From NCBI RefSeq assembly GCF_006345805.1, contig NC_043010.1:54622001-54686000 (forward strand): 64,000 bases of DNA, in the 5' to 3' direction. Position numbers and translations under genes: made by a program. Below the pieces are notes generated by a model. It saw nothing but the letters and a program-made list of their open reading frames with translations, had not been told where the DNA came from and did not search any database. How positions within the stretch are numbered: position 1 is the stretch's first letter; each line of letters starts with the position of its first letter. Positions 53,902 through 64,000 of the stretch are shown piece after piece. This DNA is from Octopus sinensis. Lineage: Eukaryota.

Positions 53902-55020
53902 AAATAAAAAAATATATATAAATATATATATATACACATATATATATATATACATAATTATATATACGTAATTATATATATATATATATACATATATACA
54001 TATATATGTAAATATATTTTTGTGTATATGCATGTATGTATTTATGTATGTATATACATATATGTATTGATTCAATAACAACATGCTGTTGATACGATGC
54101 AATCATTTTATATGTGTACATTCCTTATTATTCAATTGTACCTTATGTCCTTGTTTTTAAATGCATGTCCGTGTTTTTGTATGGTTGCTTGTACATATGT
54201 TTATGAACATACCGTTAACTTATAATCCTCATTTCAAATTTGGTCGGTCGGATTTAATTCCCTTTTTGGCACCTTTTATGAATACTTTAAATACATATAT
54301 AAATGTGCTAAGAACTCTTAAACCTAAATTTTGGTCTCATAAGTACACTTGAGTGTCTCTACTTCAAAATGTTCTGACGCATTCTGTTTAATACTTTGAA
54401 TTTTCTTACACTGTTATTGACATTCTCACATACGTAAATGTGAGATGATACGTGTTCCGTATAATCAACCAATTTTATGCCTTTGTTGGAAGTAGCAATC
54501 CTTGAAAAATTTCTTACGTGGTGCCAATATCAATATTTTATTTCGTGATGTATATCATCAGATGTAAAATCAACACATTTTGATATTTATACATGTCATT
54601 TATACATGTCATCTTCATTAAAAATTCCACCACATCTGAACAGAGACCCTGAGAAAAAGAAAGGCCTCGCTGAGTACGTTCTATATAAACGTTATCTGAT
54701 GGCACGTTCACGCTGGGTCAAAGTACCGGTTTGTCCATCCTATATACTGTATGAACGGTATCTGTGTTGCACATGCCAGTCCCCAAGAGAACTGACTCCA
54801 GTGGGAAAACACTTCCATCAGGATCGACAAGAACACAATGTCAGGTGTTTTCTCTAGAAATATGCGGATGCTGCTGTTACAGATTTCAGAAATAAATAAA
54901 CAAAGCAAATACAGAGATACATGTTGAGTATTGCACTTTCAAATATATCAATTCTCAAACAGCAACCGCCAAGCAGGAAAGAACCTGGCTACAACAAACA
55001 CAGAATCAAAGGAACACGTG

Positions 55021-55232
55021 CCTATTTCTTTACTACCCACAAGGGGCTAAACACAGAAAGGACAAACAAGGACAGACAAACGGATTAAGTCGTAAGTGGT
55101 ACATATTTAATCGACCCCGAAAGGATGAAAGTCAAAGTCGACCTCGGCGGAATTTGAACTGTGAACGTAGCGGCAGACGAAATACCCTAAGTATTTCGCC
55201 CAGCGTGCTAACGTTTCTGCCAGCTCGCCACC
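55021..55232 (-). mobile_element. SINE family A with ~25-bp internal deletion
   Basis: Reverse match; imperfect TSD caaa(g/a)gaacacgt(g/a)cc. Confidence 0.88.
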
Positions 55233-55947
55233 TTCTCAAAAGAACACGTACCAGCATTCATGACCACTGCAAACAGCAGGAGGTACAAAGTGGCAAACAT
55301 TCACATCTTCACAAATGTAGAATAGTAGCCAATGCTTTCACCTCATACATTTACTGAATGGGAGAAACCTTGTAACATCCCACTAACATGAAATTACATA
55401 TTTAGGACAACTAGTTGCATGTAATCATGTAATATGAATGACAGTTGCAGAAAAGCGTCTGACCACTGACATTGCAGATAATGAAATATACATATTGAAG
55501 AATATTGGGTTTCGAATGGATTAGAGAGAAAGACTTAATGGTGGGGATGCGACGCACATTCGGGAGAATGCTACCTGCAGTATTGCTATCAGACTGAAAA
55601 CTAGTTTGTGATCCAGTGATTAAGTGAATCAAAATAGGGATTTGTATTACACATCAGCCATAAGATACCCCAAATCATGGAGACTCATTCGAAGCGAACT
55701 TCAAGATAAGGGAAGAGGTGTTAACTAGTCTATAATAGAGCCGTTGCATACTTCACTAAGGAGACTTCAACCTTCCTGTTGGAGAGTGGCGTGGTATGTC
55801 ACCGCGTTTCACAAACCAAATAGTTAACCATCTAACAAGAGGTAAATCGTGCTGCGTAATTAATTCGCAAATACTCAAGCGATCGTCTATAATGCCAAGG
55901 TGACAACAATGATTTCCTAGGAACATCAATTAGTAGAATTAACAATG

Positions 55948-56338
55948 AGGCGCAGGAGTGGCTGTGTGTTAAGTAGCTTGCTTACCAACCACATGGTTCC
56001 GGTTTCAGTCCCACTGCGTGGCACCTTGGGCAAGTGACTTCTGCTATAGCCTCGGGTAGGCTAAAGCCTTGTGGGTGGATTTGGTACACGGAAACTGAAA
56101 GAAACTCATTGTATATACGTATATGTGTATATATTTATATATATGTGTGTGTGTATATGTGTTTATGTATCTACCGACGCTGGTGTGTTTAAGTCCCCGT
56201 AACATAGCGGTTCGGCAAAAGAGACCGATAGAATAAGCGCTAGGCTTACAAAGATTAAGTCCTGGGGTCGATTTGTACAACTAAAAGGCGGTGCTTCAGC
56301 ATGGCCACAGTCAAATGACTGAAACAAGTAAAAGAGTA
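55948..56338 (+). mobile_element. SINE family B, full length
   Basis: ggcgcaggagtggctgtgtg head through cagtcaaatgactgaaacaagtaaaagag. Confidence 0.9.
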
Positions 56339-57070
56339 TATCGTCCAAGAAATCCATGCACTGTTGCATACTCTTTGTGTCACTTCCATCCTTAATGTTA
56401 AATCTATGCATAGAACAAAGTCGTTGTGCAACAAAGACCCAAGATATACAGCGTCAGCACATAATATATCGCATTAAATTCTCTACAACGCAATAGGTAA
56501 TTATGAATTTTGAGGCAGTGAGTTGTTGGTTGAATCGTTTACACACTGGACAAAAATCTTAGCAACATTTCATCCGTTTTGAACTGAAAATCCTATATAT
56601 TCATTCCATGTCATTCCAAACCATGAACCAGCTACATGCAACCAGCTAAATGCACATAATGAAATGCATCATACTCGAACTAAGCGAAAAAGAGTTTATT
56701 GAGCGAGGTGTCGTTTGAAAAATACCCTGACGAGACACAACTATACTGATGGATGCGCCACAACCAGTTGTCCTGAATCTAACCCGCCAAGGGCCGACGC
56801 AAGACGGGTCGAAAAGACCGTTGTGGTTAAGGAATCTTATGTCTTCCATTTTTTCTGTCTATCATTTGCTATATACGCGACTAACACGGAAGAATTCCTG
56901 ATAGAAATTCAGTGGCATTTATATTTGTACTGTTGAAGTAGCCAAGGACAGGGAACATGTTTCAAACGGCATACTACCAGGTTTAAAATAATATACCCAT
57001 GTTTAAAATAATTAATACATACACACATATACACGCGCGTGCAGAAACATACAACTATATAATTGTTCGC

Positions 57071-57300
57071 CGCGGCGAGATGGCAGAAACGTTAACGCGC
57101 CGGGCGAAATGCGTAGCCGTATTTCGTCTACCGTTACGTTCTGGGTTCAAATTCCGCCGAGGTCGACTTTGCCTTTCATCCCTTCGGGGTCGATAAATTA
57201 AGTACCAGTTACGTACTGGGGTCGATGTAATCGACTTAATCCCTTTGTCTGTCCTTGTTTGTCCCCTCTATGTTTAACCCCTTGTGGGTAGTAAAGAAAT
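57071..57300 (+). mobile_element. SINE family A, full length
   Basis: Flanked by attgttcgc direct repeats. Confidence 0.92.
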
Positions 57301-57423
57301 ATATATATTGTTCGCACATAGATACACAGATATTCAGAGAGGCGTCGAAGTTCGATATAAATAGAGATGGAGAAACTGACAGATAAATAAAGAGGTTGTT
57401 AGGTAGGTAGAAACAAAGAAGGA

Positions 57424-57475
<52 letters not shown>

Positions 57476-57998
57476 CAGGCAGAAGGAAAGAAAGAATGAA
57501 AGACAGGGAGAAGGAAAAAAAGAAAGAAATCTATGTTTTCGTATGATCTTATGTTCGTTTGGTTCAAAACCAGATACTTGATGTATGGCTTTCTCGGCTT
57601 TCTCAATCTAGCATGATGATGGCATTTACAAACTGAAATAAATATGTCCGGTTATGAAACAACGAAGATGACTTATTAATAGTCACAAATGCACAAGTAA
57701 TAAATAACAAAATAATTAAACTGAAAATGCTAATATTTACTTGACTTTAACATTGCATAATCGAGGAATCGATTGATCGATGAGTTTATTCTAACCATCA
57801 ATGCTTTCCATTTCGTCGGTTCTTATCGATTGGATCTATGATCAAAGAAATTTCATTACCGTCTAGTATTGTTCTTGTTAAGTACACTGTGAAACGGACT
57901 CCGTTATCCGATGAGTAAATGGTTCACATGGGTTGTATGTTGTTAGAGAAAGCGTGAATAAAGAGAACTATCTATCTATCTAGCTATCTAGCTATCTA

Positions 57999-58032
<34 letters not shown>

Positions 58033-58136
58033 GCTCTGTCTATTTATCTATCTATATGTGTGTGTATGCATACATAAACATATACATATGTATATATATA
58101 AGTGTGTGTGTAAATATATATGTAAGGATATATATA

Positions 58137-58256
58137 GGCGTAGCAATGGCTGTGTGGTAAGTAGCTTGCTTACCACACACATTGTTCTGGTTTCAGTCCC
58201 AGTGAGTGGCACCATGGGCAAGTGCCTTCTACTATAGCCTCAAGCCGACCAAAGCG
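58137..58256 (+). mobile_element. SINE family B 5' half, truncated by the adjacent inverted element
   Basis: Ends at gccgaccaaagc. Confidence 0.8.
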
Positions 58257-58262
58257 TAAGAA

Positions 58263-58476
58263 TCACTTCAACATTGAAATTTAATTTGTCAAAATATTTT
58301 CGTCGCTTTTAGACCTCGGCCTGTTCACTGACAAAATTTCGTGCTGCACAGAGTTTTGTCAGTGAACAAGTCGAGGTCTCCAAGCGACGAAAATATTTTG
58401 ACAAATTAAATTTAAATGTTGAAGTGAATCTAACGGTTTTTCTTAAATGGCTTACAGACACCTTCCACGCTGCAAT

Positions 58477-58478
<2 letters not shown>
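58263..58478. mobile_element. Penelope-type end with inverted duplication (arms 58263-58336 / 58354-58427)
   Basis: Inverted repeat seen directly; homologous to 25034-25178; followed by (GT)/(TA) tracts. Confidence 0.8.
58355..58405 (+). ncRNA. Hammerhead fold with swapped G3:C8 core
   Basis: tttgtca-GTGAACA-a-gtcg[..]cgac-GAAA-atat-TT-tgacaaa. 7-bp stem I, 4-bp stem II, palindromic stem III. Confidence 0.65.
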
Positions 58479-58528
<50 letters not shown>

Positions 58529-58568
58529 ATATATATAATATATATATATATATATACAGAGAGATAAT

Positions 58569-58628
<60 letters not shown>

Positions 58629-59825
58629 TGCATATCTCAATATACATATGCATGTTTTTTATTTACGTGTATGTGTACAGAATCACCTTTCTTAACCTCC
58701 ATTAATATTGAATGTTATTAAATACATAAGCGGGAATCCGATACAACAGAAGTGATGCTTTTTTTCTTCGTATGTATGGGAGTTATATAAAAGTCATGTT
58801 TGGGTTCTGACATATTACAGAAAATTTTCCAGGAAATGAAAATATTTCGTTGCCAACAACCCGCTTTTAACGCCCCATTTTTGGAAAGGATCAGCGATAT
58901 TTAATCATGTTGTAATTTTCTAATTCCTATTTATAACCACATTTTATTGCCACATTCATGTTATCTCCACCTGTGCTATGCTAGCATTTACTTTTACAGA
59001 AAATGTCCATTTACCAAAAAGCTGAAACATGCTTTATAGACACATTTACTATTTTATTAAATATTTACATATAATCATCAGATTCGGTTAATTTGATTCA
59101 CTTATCTGTTTTGTCTACGGGCAGGAGATCGAAAATGCTATTAAATTAACGATTCACTGATTCAATTATATTTATTACCTCCAATAGGCTCATTGTTACC
59201 TTGAAATGCGCTTACTATTTTATTAATCATCCAACCTTGTAAATGTCTATATCATTTCTATTTTCCATATATAAATTTACTAGAATGTTTATTTGGAATA
59301 ATTCTCTGAATTTCTGAATCGTTTTCGCTAATTTATATTGCATTTGGCCTCGTAAAAGTTCCATTATATATCAGTCATTGGAAAGTGGCCATGCTGTAGA
59401 AGCGCCATGGAAGGTTTATCGGACGAAAAGAGATCAGTATTAATAATTAATGTCTGGTACGTACGTATTCTATCGATATTATTTTTTTATGTTTTGTTTT
59501 TGATGAAGCGATATGTTAGGGAGACGTAAAGAAAACAACATTGTTTCTGTAGTAGTGAAGGGGGAACGAAGACAAGCGTCTACACGTAAGAAAACATATC
59601 TATAATATGCGTATGTAAGTATATATTCACATATATATATACATATATATATATATATATGTAAAAATACATATATATACATATATATATATATGTAAAA
59701 ATACATATATATATACATATATATATATATATACGTATATTATATATATATTATATATATATATACGTATATATATATATATATGTATATAATATATATA
59801 CATATGTATATATATATATATTACG

Positions 59826-59905
<80 letters not shown>

Positions 59906-59925
59906 CGTATATATATATTATATAT

Positions 59926-59957
<32 letters not shown>

Positions 59958-59958
59958 C

Positions 59959-59992
<34 letters not shown>

Positions 59993-60121
59993 GTATATAT
60001 ATATACATATATATATATATGTATGTATGTATGATTGTATATATATATATATATATACATATATATATACATATATGTTCATATATATATATTATATATA
60101 TATACATCATATATATGTATG

Positions 60122-60155
<34 letters not shown>

Positions 60156-60563
60156 TGTATGTATGTATGTATGTATGTATGTATAGCGGCGTACATACGC
60201 TTCTCCTCACCTTGCACTTAAGTATGTATCTATATTCTGTACGACATTTTAACGCCTTCTTTCAATCTCCCTTTTGTTTCTTTTTTCATACTTTCTCATA
60301 TCTTTTCGCCTTTTTGTGTTCTCGCTCAGCCCTCAACAATGTATAAACACTGAAAAGAGATGAAGAAAAGAATAGGAACATTTCTGACGGACAGTTTCGA
60401 ATAATTTGAACTTTTATCAGGGGACGATGTAAACGATTTTCATCCCAGAGCCATTACACATTATACCTAGGAATCAAGGACTCGGCCTGGGTTGCCTAAA
60501 TTGAATATATATCCTATAGTAACCTTAAGCTATATATACATAAATGTGTGCGTGTGTATGCAT

Positions 60564-60679
60564 CAGATGGCGTTTGCTAAAAAGCATCCGTGAGGTAAAA
60601 TCGTGTAGCAAACCAAATGGCGGTGCCCCAGCATGGCCACAGCTCATTAGCTGAAACTAGAAAAATCAAATCAAATCAA

Positions 60680-60682
<3 letters not shown>
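60564..60682 (+). mobile_element. Very short 3' fragment of the CR1-group LINE at 46368
   Basis: Matches 46715-46812; (AAATC)n tail. Confidence 0.85.
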
Positions 60683-60726
<44 letters not shown>

Positions 60727-60728
<2 letters not shown>

Positions 60729-61058
60729 GCATGGCTCAGAGGTTGGAGCGTCGAGTTTACGATCGTGAGGTTATGAGTTCGATTCGCGGATCGGGTTGTG
60801 TGTTGTGTTCTTGATCAAGGCACCTAATTTCACGTTGCTCCAGTTCACTCAGCTGTAGAAATGAGTTGCGACGTCACAGGTGCCAATCTGTATCGGCCCC
60901 TTTGTCTTTCCCTTGGATAGCATCAGTGGTGTGGAGAAGGGAGACTGGTATGCATTGGCGACTCCCGGTCTTCCATATACAACCTAACCCGGACTTGTGC
61001 CTCCGAGGGTAACTCTCTAGGTGCAATCCCATTGTCATTCATGACCGAAGGGAGTCTC
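60727..61058 (+). mobile_element. CORE-like tRNA SINE with a fourth tail type
   Basis: tRNA head, gttgtgttcttgatcaaggcacctaatttcacgttgctccagttcactcagc core, distinct tail. Confidence 0.8.
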
Positions 61059-61094
<36 letters not shown>

Positions 61095-61117
61095 TGTGTG
61101 GCATTAGGGGTAGCACG

Positions 61118-61552
61118 GGAACTTTGCGGTTTGAACGGCAGTTTTTAACCTAATTTCTAGGTAACTAAAAAATTTTAAACTTCGTATACTGGTAGAATGT
61201 GTTTATAAAACATCTTTTTCTCTTGGCTTTATTGAGAAAATCCTATACTTTGTAAGATATTTGTTGTTTTTTCTTCAATTTCTGCAATTTCAACCAATCA
61301 GTGACGTCTCTTGGGTTAAAAAGCATTCTGTGCTGTATGAATATGTCCCTCGTTTATGAAACAGATTGGGTTTATTTACATTAGTGAAGAAAAAAAGATG
61401 CCCTTCCCCACCCCTAACCCTAACTAACCCTAACTACCCCTAACCCTCGAAGAGATTGAAATGCAATAGATCGATTCTAGGGTCATAATTATGGATGACA
61501 ATTTCATATGACACCGCTAGAAAAAACTGCCGTTCAAACTGAAAAGGTCTGC
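61118..61552. mobile_element. MITE with ~20-30-bp TIRs and internal (CCCTAA)n-like tract
   Basis: ggtttgaacggcagttttt (61128-61146) vs aaaaaactgccgttcaaact (61521-61540); agcacg repeats at 61112-61117 and 61553-61558. Confidence 0.75.
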
Positions 61553-62508
61553 AGCACGTGTTTGTGAGGCATTTTTTCTTCAAACAAATCAATAACAAAA
61601 AAAAAATCTTCTATTCTGATTTTCGTTGTATGGATGAATAAAATGATTGTCTGGAAATGACTTCCTAAATGTCATAATGCATTCTATAATAACCTTTATA
61701 TATTTTATATTTGTTGAACAACATCCGAAAACAATATAATATTATATTAGTTTATTTGCTTATGGTTTGTCTTTTGAAGGATAGAAAAGTATCTGATAAA
61801 TATTCTTTTTATCTCCTCTGAACAAATCGTATTGTTTCTGTGCTGTCTAAAATATATGTCTCATTTCTCTCCCGCTCTCACTCTCTCTCTCTCTCTCTCT
61901 CTCTCACTTTCTCTGTGCACACATACACATACTTATATATATGTATGTGCATGTGTATTTATCTGTGTGAATGTGTGTGGAAAAATATAAATTGTAAATA
62001 GTCATATGGAAGCAAGTTAGGTTAATTCCTTTATTCTTATTCAATGTTATAACATTGGCGCACGTACATATATAAAAAAATTATACACATATATATACAT
62101 GTGTGTATGTATATATATGTGTGTGTGTGTGTACACAGACGGAGGGACTCATAAAGAGTGAGCGAAACAGTGCTCGTGAATAATGTTTGTGTGTGTGTGT
62201 GTGTGTCTGGGTGTTTTTGTGTCTGTGTGTGTTTGTGAGAGGGAGAGAGCGGGGAAAGATGGATGCAGCCGGGCAGTGATAAAGACGGATAGAAAACAGA
62301 TAATGTTATGTTTCATATCTATTATGAATAATAAATTTGGTAACATAACAAGCGATAATATAATTTCTTTATTTGTTTGTCTATGTTTACAATACACTTC
62401 ACTACATTGGTGTGCGCCGGTATACTTATAAGTAGGAATTATATATTTATGGGTGTGCGTGTATGTGTGTGCCTGTGAGCATTACTTATGTTCATGTTTA
62501 CGTATGTA

Positions 62509-62543
<35 letters not shown>

Positions 62544-63083
62544 ACATGTATGTGTGGTGTGTAAGCAACAAAACGGTGACGAGTGACCATTTTGTAAATA
62601 TGATTATAAGCATTCACTTCGTCTTGGTTATGGAAAATGGTATAATCTTAGGGCATATGAGCACCTGACGAAAAAGGTGCATCGAACCCACACCTGGTTT
62701 TGCAGCAATAGGTGTGCTGAACGATGACTTCAACGCAAACAACTATTTTCTCCTTTAAATTTAAAAAGCATGAATTCCTAGCAGGAAGCGTGTAAGCATG
62801 TGGGTGTTCTGCGTAAATTAAAAGGCGGTGACTCATGAAAATATTTTAAAGATACATATAAGCTTCCACGTTATCGTGACTGTAGAGAATGAATAGTTAG
62901 TCATATAAGTACCTGACTGCAAAAATAGATATTGATATATTTGGGAATCGAAAACACACCTTATATATTCAAGATCATTCTGTTGAACGATTACACCAAT
63001 ATATCCATCAAATTTTGTCCGTTAAATTCAGGATCTCTGGTAAAAGATGTGGTTTCGATTCCCTCGTGTACTAATGTTCATCT

Positions 63084-63469
63084 GGAGGCGCAATGGCCCA
63101 GTGGTTAGGGCAGCGGACTCGCGGTCGTAAGATCGCGATTTCGATTCCCAGACCGGGCGTTGTGAGTGTTTATTGAGTGAAAACACGTAAGGCTCCACGA
63201 GGCTCCGCCAGGGGATGGTGGTGATCCCTGCTGTACTCTTTCACCACAACTTTCTCTCACTCTTACTTCCTGTTTCTGTTGTACCTGCATTTCAAAGGGC
63301 CGGCCTTGTCACTCTCTGTGTCACGCTGAATATTCCCGAGAACTACGTTAAGGGTACACGTGTCTGTGGAGTGCTCAGCCACTTGCACGTTAATTTCACG
63401 AGCAGGCTGTTCCGTTGATTCGGATCAACCGGAACCCTAGTCGTGGTAACCGACGGAGTGCTTCCAACC
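63084..63469 (+). mobile_element. SINE family C, full length, tail C
   Basis: 11-bp TSD aatgttcatct at 63073-63083 and 63470-63480. Confidence 0.92.
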
Positions 63470-63948
63470 AATGTTCATCTGTTTTATTTTTTCTGTTGGG
63501 CGTGTATATCCACTAATATTAGACTATTTTCTATAGTCAATATATGATGGAACATTATAATTACACACACAGACACTAACGCAGATACACACACACGCAA
63601 TAACAAGCACACACATGTGTATATATATATATATTATATACACATGTGTATGTGTGTGTGTGTGTGTGTGTGTGTACGAATCATGTATTGGGGGCGATGT
63701 GACTGGATAGTCCACTCGCACAACATTTCAGGCCTTATGCATATATACATACATATTTGTACATACCTACATCTATATGTATATATACATGCATATAAGG
63801 TTACAGGACATCAAAAAAACGTTGAACACAATGTGAAACGAAAACATTAAAAAAATATGGAAACGAACCATTTTTCAAACAACGAAAGAACAGAGTAGAA
63901 AACATACAACACAAGGAATATTATCCTTATATATATACATACAATCAA

Positions 63949-64000
63949 GGCGGCAAGCTGGCAGAAACGTTAGCACGCCGGGCGAAATGCTTAGGAGTAT
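63949..64000 (+). mobile_element. SINE family A head, cut by the window edge
   Basis: ggcggcaagctggcagaaacgttagcacgccgggcgaaatgc. Confidence 0.85.

Noticed and set aside
54540-54562. Minus-strand CTGATGA-N10-GAAA
   Set aside because: Neither stem II nor stem I pairs; chance match in AT-rich DNA.
54606-54857. ORF with PVGKHF, reminiscent of Penelope endonuclease
   Set aside because: Only one short motif; the GIY/YIG elements are not seen.
63084-63160. tRNA-like sequences at SINE heads
   Set aside because: No complete cloverleaf or 3' acceptor stem, and they continue into SINE bodies; not tRNA genes.

Overview
Very AT-rich eukaryotic DNA dense in (TA)n/(CA)n/(TATC)n microsatellites, most likely an octopus-type cephalopod intron or intergenic region (inferred from repeat content, not verified). 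Almost all ORF-track entries are microsatellite artefacts. Recognisable content: at least four tRNA-derived SINE families with modular heads and tails; a decayed Tigger/pogo transposase with a nested Helitron; four non-autonomous Helitrons; CR1-group and R4/Dong-like LINE 3' relics; a decayed Penelope GIY-YIG region; two MITEs; and 2-3 candidate + strand exons of an unidentified host gene. The most striking signal is a set of short elements in or beside (TA)n/AT-rich tracts carrying minimal type I hammerhead ribozyme folds with palindromic stem III, often as inverted duplications (4.3, 8.1, 12.7, 25.1, 31.6, 36.2, 46.1, 58.3 kb). They belong to several unrelated families; one family has a compensatory G3:C8 swap of the hammerhead core (GUGAACA for CUGANGA). 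All folds were read by eye; none was computed or tested.
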